NCBI GenBank assembly: GCA_965603825.1
Contig: CBFDEM010000054.1
Coordinates: 434,001 to 498,000 of the forward strand
From: Blepharisma stoltei ATCC 30299
Lineage: Eukaryota > Protista > Ciliophora
Direction: 5' to 3'
Length of the DNA stretch: 64,000 bases
Positions 13,537 through 26,022 of this stretch are shown piece by piece. The first letter of the stretch is position 1. Each line of letters opens with the position of its first letter. Below the pieces are notes generated by a model. It made no database searches. It had not been told where the DNA came from and saw only the letters and a list, made by a program, of their open reading frames with translations. Position numbers and translations under genes: made by a program.

Positions 13537-14940
13537 CTAAACCAAAAGTACAACTTCATCAGGGAAACACTCGAACACTAAAATCTCGTTTTCATCGTCT
13601 AGTTTTTTCTCTAGCTCTCTTACCTCTTCTTGATGCTTTTTTGCATTGAATTCCATAACTTCGCTGGTATTTAATGTACTGCTTGCTTGGTCTCTTGGAT
13701 GGAAAAGATGTGCACACATGTCCAGAATGATTTTTCTGTTTTCTGGGTCTTCGTTTTCCAGCTCTGAAGACTTCACACTATAGTTTTCTACAAATTCTGA
13801 AATTCTGTCGTTAAATCCTGTGTTTTCTTGCTGTGCTGCGAATCGATCATTTGCCATAGAAGTTAGAGAAATTAATAAGTGAATGATAACGCAGCTTTCG
13901 ACGCCTTCAGCTTGAATCATTTCTAAGAGGCTTTGCATTACACCTGAGGCATCTGACTGATGGGTCTCTAAATAGAGGAGGCCGGAATGACTGCTGATTA
14001 ACGAGGATAGTAAAGCGCTGCCGTAGTCAAGAGAATATGGGTGCATGTACTCTTTTTGTAGTATATGCCTCTCCAGAATTTCTTTTGTGAGCCATTGAAT
14101 GGCTTCTTGTTCGACTAAATGACTGACAACCCCTTCATTTCATAAGGACATTTTTTGGAAAATTCCTAATACAAATCGCTGGCCTAGACTGCCTGGAGCT
14201 TCTTGCGTTAAGATTTCAGTAAAAGCGATAATTATTTGCTGATAGTTTTGTTTAAGAGTTGCTGCAACACCCTTTGGGATAGTAACCATAACAGAAACCA
14301 AAGCCAAAATGTTAATTTTCATAGAGCCTTGTGTATTTTTTAATAATCATACTAAATGCCCCGCAAATGGGTCAATTTTTACTATCACTTCAACAATTTT
14401 CCTTCTATGTTTCGGTGAGACAGCTAAAGCTGCAGTTCTTATTTTTGCCAGTTGCTCCTTAAGACCAGCAAATTCACGATTTTTAAAAGCGCTTTGGATT
14501 TTGTTTTTCAAGCTTTTTAGGTCAGCTTCTCCTACAATTTCTAGAGCTTCTTTTTCTTCTATACGAGAATCACTCATAAATAGCTGGTTATATCTCGTCA
14601 ACTGTTCTTTGTACACATCTGTTGCTTCTTTCATTATATTTATGTTTTCTAGTTTTTGAGTAGCATCAATTGCGAGGGCTAATAGCTGCTTTCCAGCATG
14701 TATGACTATGTTGTAGTTTTTTTCTATAAGTTTGAACTGCTTTTCTTTTAGTGCTTCCCTTGCCGCTATGGCTGCTTCACCTTTTGATAATGCATAAATT
14801 TTGGGCATTGATGGGATATCGTCTTCTTTTATACGTTGCTTTGGAGGCTTAGCTTCTTCTGTAAAAGACTTTAGGGATGCCTGCATATTGTGGAATTGCA
14901 AATATTCTTTGATTATTTCTTGAACAAGTCCTTCTTCCAT
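13537..14940 (-). CDS. ARMC9: LisH/armadillo protein ARMC9-like
   Basis: N-terminal LisH (IIKEYLQFHNMQASLKSF); LGIFQKMSL..IQW and YSLDYGSALL motifs; three ORFs joined by TGA at 14347 and 14140. Confidence 0.7.
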
Positions 14941-15245
14941 TTTTATTAGCAAAAAGTTTTGCTGCTGTCGTCAAAATCAAGGCTTGCAATATGTATTGTA
15001 TGATTTCTAAAAGGTTTTATAAAAGCTTTTTTGAGTATTTTAAGTTCACCATAAATATAATTTTGTAAAAAAATAATTGTCTAAATTGCATATTAGCTTG
15101 ATTAATATGCTAAGATTAATTATTATTCATTTTTTCTAAATAAGAGAACTTTCTTTCATATTATAATCTGTGCCAAAAAGTTATCTTATTCTCTAAATTT
15201 ATTCTCCTATTTTCTTATATTTTTAAAGCTAAAGGAAATTTCATA

Positions 15246-16544
15246 ATGCTGTTTTATATTCTAGGTGGAATTATAACAGCAATATACGTGTTAATAGGAG
15301 CTCTGCTATTTTTAAAATCCAACAACATACAAATTTTATCGAGATCGCCAATCCTTTTGTACATTTCCCACTATGCGAATCTTATCGAAACACTTCTGAT
15401 TCTCCCTGTTGCAACAGCGCTGCATGATCCCGAAGACAGAAGCCACATATCAGACACAGTTTGGAGGCTAAGGGAGTGTGGAATAATTATAGCACACTAT
15501 TTGGTTTACATTCCCTATGTCCTTCGTGGTTATCGGCTCTTTTTTGTCTTTAATTTAGATAAAGACTGAGATGACGCGAATAGCAAATTTAGAAAATACA
15601 ATTATCGGACTAAACAAATTTGGCTTATTAAGATGCTGGGACTTTTAATGATCCCTCCCATCACCTTATGCATAATTATTATGCTTTATCCTCCAGCTGG
15701 CTATTATTTCCCTATCTCCGACAAGCATTATGGCATTGACGAAGACATTGCTGGTGCGATCTATGTTTTTGTATGCTTCCTTGAGCAATTATTATTGATT
15801 TTTTTGGTATACTACGTACGCAACGTACATGATGATTTTAATATGACAAACGAGCTGGCCTGGGTCACCCTCTTTTGGTTTTGCACTCCAATTTTTTCAA
15901 CATTTTCTCAATTTGACGCAGGAAAATGGCTTATCACAACACTGTTTAGAAATGGACTTCTTATGATCAGATCTTCACTTATTCCGGTAATTCTTTCGTT
16001 TAAATCAAAAGAAAGCTTTGAATCAATTACTTTGGATGTTTTAAACTCCTTAACACTTATAATGCAGAACGATTTGACTTTAGAAGCTTTTGAGAAATTT
16101 TTAACAACAGAGCACCCTGGAAGATATTCTGATAGCTTTTCTTATGAATTCTTTTTGCAAGGACTGCCATTATTTGAATTTTATATAAAATGTGAACTTT
16201 ATTTAAATAACCCAAACAATCAAGATTTTTCTGAAATCAAAAACGAATACGAAACTTCTCTCCCAGAAGAAATATTAGAGATTATTCTCGAAGAAAATAT
16301 AAGCATTGAACATATAAAAGAGGCGAAAAATTTGGCATTTAATATCTTGGAAAAACACTTTTACCCTAAATTTATGAGAAGTGAGGAGTTCAGTGAAGTT
16401 CGAAGGAAAATAGTAAAACAAGAAATTTATACATTTAGAGTAATGCAGACTTCATTCCACAGTAATTTATATACAGTTTCTTTGGCAAAAGGGAAAAAAT
16501 TAAACTCATTAATCCCAAGAAAGAAAGTAGAGAGTGTTTTGTAG
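15246..16544 (+). CDS. 7-transmembrane RGS-domain protein
   Basis: About 7 hydrophobic segments with RSP, RGYRLFFVF and DDFNMTNEL motifs, then an RGS-like domain (LEAFEKFL...FEFY...HFYPKFMRSEEF); TGA 15567 read through. Confidence 0.75.
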
Positions 16545-16571
16545 ATTAAATTTATTATGGATTTATACAAA

Positions 16572-18161
16572 TTATTGTTGCATCAATTTTAAGTCTTCAG
16601 CAACAGCAAAATCGCAAGCAGTTTGGCTTCGCAAAAATTCCAAAGACACGCTTTCTGCTATTTCTATCAGCGTTAAGCCATTTTCTTCGTTAACTTCAAA
16701 AACTCCTAAATCTGTAATAATCATATCAACACAATTTTTGCCGGTCAGAGGCAGAGTGCATTCATCCATAATTTTTAGACTTTCTCCTGCTATATGTTCC
16801 ATGCACACAATGCATTTTTTGCAGTTTTTTGTGAGTTCCATTGCTCCTCCCATTCCAAAAGCCCGCTTTCCTGGGATTATTCAATTAGAGATATCTCCAT
16901 GTTTCGATACTTGGCAAGCACCAAGCATAGTAACATCGATATGCCCGCCTCTAATAATATCAAAGCTCATATCACTACTAAAAACGGACCCTCCTATACT
17001 TAAAGTTATCGGTTGCCTGCTTGGATTCATTGAATCTGGGTCAATTTTATCCCTGCTTGGAAAACTGCTCATCCCTAAGACTCCATTTTCGCCGTGCAAC
17101 AAGACTCCGTATTTTTCATCAACATAATTTGATGCTATTGTTGGAATCCCCAGACCCAAGTTTACGCTCATCCCAGGCTTGATTTCTTTAGCAGCTCTTT
17201 TAGCAATCCTTAGCCTTTTTTCTAATCTTTCTTGTGATAAGTTGTCTTGAAAAATTTCTACATCATTTTCTGTTTTTACTGCTAAAACTCCTATGCGCTT
17301 TTCATAGTAGTTTCCTTTGATAACTCTATTAACGTAAATTCCTGGAATATGGATCATGTCAGGCGTTAATTCGCCATCTTCAACAATTTCTTCTACTTCT
17401 GCTATCGTAATTTTTGAAGCTCCTGCCATTAAAGCATTAAAATTTCTTGCAGTGCTTCTAAATACTAAATTTCCTTTGGAGTCTGCTTTCCAAGCTTTTA
17501 TTAAGCTGAAATCAGCTTTATATGATCTTATCATGAGAAACTTTTGTCCATCAAAATATTTAACTTCTGGGATCTCAGAAAATTTTTCCACACTTTCTCC
17601 GCCTAGTGAGTACTTTACTGGGACATTGCCAGTTTCTAAGATAGTATCAACACCTGTTGATGTAAACAATGCAGGAATTCCTGCTCTTGCTGCCCGAACT
17701 TTTTCAGTAAAATCTCCTTGTGGAACTATATTTAGTTCAATTTCTCCATTAAAATATTGTCGATTTAACTCACGGCTCCCTATGAAGGTTGTATCAACTG
17801 CCGAGGCAAGTTTGTTTTTTACAAGCAAGCCTGGTCCATAGTCATCTGAACCTCCAGTACCGGCAATGATGTGTAGATTTGATATATGTTTTTGTAAAAG
17901 GCCTCGAATCAAATTTTCAGGGACTCCACACATTCCAAATCCGCCGATCATTATCTTACTGCCATTATTGATATCAGACAGAATGACATCTAAATTGTCA
18001 TATATTTTATTCGCACATAAATATTTGCAATTTGATTGACTTTCTTCTAAAGAAGCTGTGCTAGATATCATAGGGTTGCTTTCATTAAAATTATGATCAA
18101 AAGTAAGATTTTGTTCACTGAAGTCAGAGTTTTGTTTATTTCGGTTTTGTAGTGGCAGCAT
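16572..18161 (-). CDS. OXCT1: succinyl-CoA:3-ketoacid CoA transferase (SCOT, fused A+B)
   Basis: GGFGMCGVPENLI, NLGLGIP, GENG catalytic Glu, GDISN-W(TGA)-IIPG..GMGGAM. Confidence 0.9.
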
Positions 18162-19003
18162 ATTTAATAATAAATTTTAATATTTAGTCTTTTTTTGCAT
18201 TTAAATAGCAGATCAGATCAGTATCCTTAAATCCCTATTTTTGGAATAGATGAGATATTAAATAGCTAAGATAATTCCATCGAAATGTCTGAAATAGATT
18301 ATTGATTTGAAAAGTTAGTATTTTAGGAGATCTAGATTTAAAAATTTATAATTCCATACATATAAATCTATTATTAAACAAATTCTCATTTCTTTTTTAA
18401 AGTTGATTTCAAGAAAGCAACCAATATCTGAGCCATTTCTATTACTATTTTCCTTAAATGGCTTTTAATTTACAAGTATTTTATCTATTTTTTTAAAAAC
18501 ACTCTCTGGTAAAGCTGATAATTTTATTTTTTTGAGCTGTGCCTTTTTTTATCAGGTGTTAAAGTGAGATTTAATCACTGTTAAATCCTAAAGAGTTGTT
18601 AACACCTTAAGTTTTACTTTTCGCTTAAACAGAATCGAAGGGCATTTACCAACTCTTGGTTTAGAAAAAAATTTTCAAAAGCTTCAATGCTTTTTAAATT
18701 CTTTGTTCTTAGAATAATAATTAGAAAACTAGAAGGGTCAATAGATAGAATGTGTTAGGATTCATTATAATTTCCAATGTATTTGATTCATTTGCTAATA
18801 CTAAAAAATAATTAGCACAATGTGAGCACTTTAGGTTGCTCATGTGATTATGACATATTTGCTAATTTTTAAAATGTCCTTATTAATTTACTAGCTTCGT
18901 ATGTAACATATAGAATATAGTCCAGCTGTGGCTCTATATTTAACTAAGAATAAGCATTATACTAATTTGCTAGTAAAATATGTTATAGTAGAAATAATCA
19001 CCT

Positions 19004-19615
19004 ATGGCATCAAAGAAGACACAACTAAAAATAATTATCCTCGGCGACTCAGGAGTCGGAAAAACATCGTTACTAAATCGATTTGTTGAAACCAAATTCA
19101 CACAGCTTTATCGAGCCACAATTGGTGCTGATTTCTTGATGAAAGAAATTGAAGTCGAAGGCCAAACCGTAAATTTACAACTTTGGGATACAGCTGGCCA
19201 AGAGCGATTCCAATCATTAGGGATGAGTTTTTACAGAGGCGCCGACTGTTGTCTCTTAGTTTATGATATGACTAACCAAAAAACCTTTGAGAGCTTAGGA
19301 AGCTGGAAAGACGAATTTCTTAAAGCTTCTTGTCCAGATGACCCTAAAACTTTTCCTTTTATTGTGATTGGAAATAAATGTGACAGGGAAATTGACAGAG
19401 CTATTTCATATAATCGAGCTCAGCAGTGGGCGAATTCTAATGATGTTGTTTTCCTTGAGACCTCAGCAAAAGATGACCTGAATGTAAACGAAGCTTTTAT
19501 TGAAGGCGCAAGAAAGGCTATGAAGCGTGAACAAAAAAACCAGTTTATATTAAATACTGCAGTAAACCTAAAAGCTGCAAGCCCAGTAAAGAAAAAGAAG
19601 ACAAAATGTTGTTAG
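19004..19615 (+). CDS. RAB7: Rab7 GTPase
   Basis: GDSGVGKT, YRATIGADF, WDTAGQERFQSLG..FYRGADCC, NKCD, ETSAK, C-terminal CC then TAG. Confidence 0.95.
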   Translation: MASKKTQLKIIILGDSGVGKTSLLNRFVETKFTQLYRATIGADFLMKEIEVEGQTVNLQLWDTAGQERFQSLGMSFYRGADCCLLVYDMTNQKTFESLGSWKDEFLKASCPDDPKTFPFIVIGNKCDREIDRAISYNRAQQWANSNDVVFLETSAKDDLNVNEAFIEGARKAMKREQKNQFILNTAVNLKAASPVKKKKTKCC

Positions 19616-20027
19616 AATTATTAAAATTATTCATAAAAGGAAATTCAAAATGATTAAAAGGCCGTAAATAAGTAGCTTCTTTGTTGCATCCATAAAGAAA
19701 TCTCGTTTTATATAATTCTTACCATTTCATTAAGGATCTTGCTTTGGCTTATAAAACTTTTCTATACATGTTTATTGACTTTAAGCTAAAGTTCAATGAA
19801 TTCTAAATTTACTTTGGTCAAATTATTAGAGATTATGCACGATATTGAGTTTGTTATAGTAAATCTTCTAATAAAATAATAGTAACTATTGCATTTTCTC
19901 AAAAGCTTTGCATCAGATTTAATAACCAACAAATGTTTAACTTTTATGTTTTGAAAAATTCTTCTTGCTTTAGATAACTTCTAATTAAGACTCTCAAATA
20001 AAATTAAATTCTTATGTATTTTAATCA

Positions 20028-20466
20028 ATGGAAATTTCAGAAGAAGAAATAAATAGACTGCGAAAAGAGGTTGATCACTGGAAATCCTTGTATTTCCAAA
20101 GCCTGCAAAGAAATCAAGATCTCGAAGCACAGTTGGGAACTGGCTATAAGGAGCGCAAACCACCAAGCCATGAACGACCATATCCAAGTAGGCAAGAAGA
20201 TCGCAGACAAGAAGACCGTAGGCAGGAAGACCGCAGACAAGAAGATCGCAGGTCTTCACCACCTAAAAACAAAACAGGACCCAGTAAATTATTATTCAGA
20301 GTACATAAAAAAGCAAGATCACCAGCTGGATCAGATAAAAAATAAATTGAGGCTTGCATGCTCGAATAATGATAAGGCTTTATTAATAGAAGCAATTAAT
20401 GAAGCAGAAGAAGCTGGAATGAACGATATTGATCATGCCAAAAGGAAGCTTAATTCTTTAAGGTAA
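20028..20466 (+). CDS. small hypothetical protein with RQEDR repeats (one 16-nt intron)
   Basis: Removing gtaaattattattcag (20284-20299) joins ORF 20028 to the C-terminal part of ORF 20071..20466. Confidence 0.7.
20190..20249 (+). repeat. 4 x 15-bp tandem repeat encoding (RQEDR)4
   Basis: aggcaagaagatcgc / agacaagaagaccgt / aggcaggaagaccgc / agacaagaagatcgc; only synonymous differences. Confidence 0.95.
20284..20299 (+). other. 16-nt intron gtaaattattattcag
   Basis: GT..AG, A at position 11, explains the frame switch between two overlapping ORFs. Confidence 0.75.
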
Positions 20467-21005
20467 TAAATTCCTTTTGCTTAACAATTAAAGAATAAAG
20501 GTACGCACATTTGATTATAAGTTTAGATAATTTTTAATTTTAGAAGAAGTAAAGCATTTATTATTCAGCAGAAAACAATAAGAAATCAAGCAGTTATTCT
20601 AGCTATGCTGCAAGTCTCATCTTGTTTGAAACTATTCAATTTAAAAGATTTCTCATCTTTAATAATCACAATTTAATTAATTATTTTTATATTTTTTCTT
20701 ATTAGTACTCTTCTTGAAACTTACAAAAATCAACACTGGAATTCATTTGACTGTGCTTTTTCATCGAAATCTAGATTAAAATTGCTTTCAAATCTTCTAA
20801 TTGCAATAGCACATTTTTCCATGTACAAATATTTGCCACCTCAAAAGAGAACTAAATACGAAAACAATCCCCAAAAAGTTAACTTTCAAGCGCACTTTTA
20901 AAATTCTCTCGATTTTCTGAACCAATCTGAAACAGTAAATGTTGACATTTTAAGATATTTTTTATTGTTAAAATTATTGATATATACAGTGTAATAGTTT
21001 AAAAG

Positions 21006-21806
21006 ATGTCATCAGGATCATGCAGAAGCTTAGGTTTAAGAAACGGCCTCCAAAGATACCTTTCAAGAAACAATCCACAGAATGTGAGATTCCCTATTCC
21101 AAGACAGCAAACTTCATACACTTTTGCAAAAGTTGCTGAATATATCGAGAAAGATTTGAACAAAGCTGAAATTCTCTATAGAAGAGCTATAGAAAACGGA
21201 GAAAGGCCAGAATCAGCACTCAAAGATTTAGCAGGAGTTCTCCATCAGCAAGGCAAAACAAAGGAAGCCTGCGACTTGTTGCAAAGTCACAAACATCTGT
21301 TCGTATCAGATCAAGCTAGATATGAAAATTTGTTGAGAAACCTTCAAAAGCAAATATTCCCTTCCCAAAATACATTCAATAAAGCGGTCAAAATTTCTGG
21401 GCTTGGGGTTATGTCAGATGAACTTACAGTCCGCGGAATGTTCCAGAAACCTTCAAGAATCCTTCATATAGAAATCAATTCAGATCCAGATTCATCTGGA
21501 AAGAGTAAATTCGCAATAGTCAGATTTGCAAGCCATTCAGCTGCGAGGAAAACATTAGAAGGACTAATAGACATGACCAGATATAAACTCGAGTGGGTTT
21601 CAGTTAATGGGGAAATCACAGGCGAAGTTATTTTTGATAAGACAGCTACAGCTGGCAATATTATCAAAAGTTCTCCTCAAAAAAAGAATCCTGAGCCAGT
21701 TTATTATTCTTATTTCGCAGATAAGCCATACCAGCCATTTGATGATATTGTTGATGAATTGCTTGAAAATTCACTTTTTACCTATTTGGCAAAGCCATCT
21801 TTTTAG
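21006..21806 (+). CDS. MS5/TDM1/SDI1-like TPR protein with RRM
   Basis: YTFAKVAEYIEKDLNKAEILYRRAIENGERPESALKDLAGVLHQQG resembles the plant MS5-family TPR; RNP-like VKISGL and KFAIVRF. Confidence 0.65.
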   Translation: MSSGSCRSLGLRNGLQRYLSRNNPQNVRFPIPRQQTSYTFAKVAEYIEKDLNKAEILYRRAIENGERPESALKDLAGVLHQQGKTKEACDLLQSHKHLFVSDQARYENLLRNLQKQIFPSQNTFNKAVKISGLGVMSDELTVRGMFQKPSRILHIEINSDPDSSGKSKFAIVRFASHSAARKTLEGLIDMTRYKLEWVSVNGEITGEVIFDKTATAGNIIKSSPQKKNPEPVYYSYFADKPYQPFDDIVDELLENSLFTYLAKPSF

Positions 21807-22230
21807 ATAGGTTGGAACTTATTTATAAGGTTGATTATAATTTTAACAATATTTATAAAAATTATTTTACATTGAAAATCACCTAAGGAAGATAAAATGA
21901 TAGAAAGCTCTATAAAAATTTTAAACAATTTTTACCTTTATGGGATGAAAAAACAAGAAAATGATCCACTTGGAATAGCAAATATCATTTTATAAAAAAT
22001 TAGAAAAGAGATTTTCTAAAAATGCTTAATTATAAAAAAATGTTATTCAAATGATTTGTATGCACTTCATTCCCACATAGAGGGGTTATATTTGAATATT
22101 AATATTGTCACATTGTCATTCAATGGCTATTTATAATATTAAATAATATGGAATATTTTTGAAGTTTTAAGGCCTTAATCAGCCTTGCAATAATATTGTG
22201 GATAATTTCTTAACCATTTCTTAATAAAAA

Positions 22231-23247
22231 ATGACTGTTCAAGAGGTGGTGCATTATTCCGTTCTCTTGCTTGCAGTAACCGCGTTAGGTTCTGCCGCCA
22301 CCGCATTCGAAGAAATAACTTCAGTTTCCCCTTTTATGAAGGCTTGCTGACGTTTGGAAATCACTTCCCTCCTACAATTCATTCCAAGTTTCTTCGAGTG
22401 GCGAAAAAATTCGTCTGCAGTGAAATCCATGATAATCCGATTTTGGCACTTTTCGATAATATCAGGGATATGCCTTGCTCTCACATTTTGCCTCTGGTGC
22501 TTAAGTTTGGATTTAACTTCAATTGCTCATTCGCTGCTTTTTTCGTCAGCTTCACCCTTAGTTATTGTGGTTTCTTACTTTTTCCTATGCAAAAAAGTAA
22601 CATTTTTGGAAATTTTAGGAGTGGTAATAGGCTTTGCGGGACTTGCTATTTGTATATTAGGGAGCAAAGGAAGCGAAGGATCTACGTGGTATGGAGATTT
22701 GCTTGCATTTGGAACTGCAATTGCGCTGGCTCTTTATATTCTAACTGGAAAAAGGGTAATGAGCTGCAATATTCCTATGTGGAGCTATTTAGCCATTGCC
22801 AATTTACAAGCCGCGGTTTGGTCTTATATCTTTGCACTGATAGATGGAGACAGCGCTATTGCAGGAATTCAATGAATTTATACAGAAGATTGAATTATGG
22901 CTTTATATTTAGGAGTTGTGCCAGGAGCGTTAGGAAATGGAGCGTTTAGTTATCTGATTAAATACATGTCAGAGCTCGTTATTTCTGTATTTATCAATTT
23001 TCAGCCTGTATTAGGGTCAATTATCGGGTGGCTTTATGGGATCCAAGAGCCTCCTTCAGTTTATACATGGATCGGAGGTACCGTTGTCACGACTGGAAAC
23101 ATCCTGGTTGCAGTGGCAGGAGCTCTGAAAAATGATAGAGAAATCAAAATCGAAGTAGAATACGATGAAAACAATAATGAAAAAAGCAATGAAAACGGCA
23201 AAGAAATAAGGAAAAGGCTACTAAGCTTCAATATGGATCAAGTCTAG
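22231..23247 (+). CDS. EamA/DMT-family transporter
   Basis: About 10 TM segments; KAC-W(TGA)-RL, GDLLA and FQPVLG..IGW..G motifs; joined via TGA near 22348 and at 22873. Confidence 0.85.
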
Positions 23248-23330
23248 ACGTTATTTAAATTCATGTATTAAATGATTTTAAAAATTAATAAACTCCACCG
23301 AAATAAAATATCATTAAATTACCATAATAT

Positions 23331-23915
23331 CTATATGCCTGACAAACTATGGTCTGATATATTTGCATTCAGTTTCATAGAAAATCTTTCTTGCGATTTT
23401 AGTATCGGCATTAAGAGCTGCTCTTTTATTAGAAAAGTCGGCTTTGGAAACATCAGCATAGGAGCACAAGTGCTTTTAGATTTTTTAACTTCTTTCTGGT
23501 CCGGCGAATAAGACCTCGTAATTAAAATGTTTTCAGGAATTCTGAACCTTTTAATTCTGCTAACTGGAATTTGCACTAACGGCCTTGCTTTTTTAGGGGA
23601 ATCTTTGGAGTAGATAAAGTCCAAGATTTCTTTTTTTGAAGCATTAAAAGATCTCTCAAAGAGTCTTCGTTTATTTGAAGGGGTATGCGATTTATAGCGA
23701 GTAATCTTCCTATTTTCTAGGGAACTAAGCTGCTCTGTGTGGTTTGCTGGAGTCATATTTCGGTGCATTGTTTCGAAGATTGGGGATAATTTGTAGGACT
23801 TGTGCGGGGTGGAATTATTTGAATCGTTTAAGTAATTTTCCGCAAATTTCACGATGAGTTTCCGCTTGTCTCTTGTCTTCTCAAGGTAGCCTTGCAAGTC
23901 GCCTATATCAAGCAT
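23331..23915 (-). CDS. hypothetical basic S/K/R-rich protein (194 aa)
   Basis: ATG..TAG ORF; no domain recognised. Confidence 0.65.
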   Translation of the reverse strand: MLDIGDLQGYLEKTRDKRKLIVKFAENYLNDSNNSTPHKSYKLSPIFETMHRNMTPANHTEQLSSLENRKITRYKSHTPSNKRRLFERSFNASKKEILDFIYSKDSPKKARPLVQIPVSRIKRFRIPENILITRSYSPDQKEVKKSKSTCAPMLMFPKPTFLIKEQLLMPILKSQERFSMKLNANISDHSLSGI

Positions 23916-24535
23916 ATTGAATTAATTTAAGAGTTAACATTACTAGTCAGTTCAAGTGAATTGAAAATAATCATTCTGAAGATATCAAAGTATATAGCCA
24001 ATATAAAATCTGTCGAAATTATTTAAAAAAAGATACGGTAATGCCATAAATAAAAAGATAAATAATTACTGAATTTATTAAGTAAGCAGTTTCTGATGAT
24101 TTTGGTTCTTATAAGTAATAAAAAGGTTATTTGAATAATAATAAAAATGATATAAACTGTATAAAGAGAAATCTAAATGTTCTGAATAAATTCAGTGAAG
24201 AATTTGCAATAAAATAGTATATAAATCATACTCTGAACCTTGGAAAAGTTATATTTTTCATTATGAATATTTTCTAAAATTAAATAGGTATCATTTTCTA
24301 CTAAACATTTTTCTATGAAAGTTCAGTAATTAAAAATTTCAAAAAAGGATCGATTTTTCATCTTTCTTTATAAAGGTTTTTTTAGCTTAATAAAAACATT
24401 TACACATATCCTATATATTTTATTGTCTTTTATTTCTTTAAATCTTTTAAAAATTCCTAGTCAGCTTTTGCTTTAAGCGCCATTTCTCAAGAAAGCTAAT
24501 GAAATTAATGTTCTGATTGGCTAATTTGTTGATAA

Positions 24536-25714
<1,179 letters not shown>

Positions 25715-26022
25715 GCCTAACTAACAGTCGTTATGACTAATCTTTGCATTGCTTAATATTTCTTTTCTAAATTTATTTTCTATGCAAATGAATGATGAAA
25801 TTTTACTATTATTTCGCTGTAGAAAATGGAAGTAAATTCCGTTTGACGTCATATAACTGTTAAAATGAAATGAAAGTAAATTAAATAAATCCTTATCCTG
25901 CCTTCCAATTTTGCTTTATTATATTTTTACTAATAATTCGATTTCAAACAGTTTAATTTCTTGTATTTATTTTGCATTTATTCAATTACTATATAAGAAT
26001 TAGGTCTAAATTTAATTTTCAA

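Noticed and set aside
18554-18607. 9-bp inverted repeat aggtgttaa..ttaacacct in the SCOT-Rab7 intergenic region
   Set aside because: Too short in AT-rich DNA, with no target-site duplication or second copy
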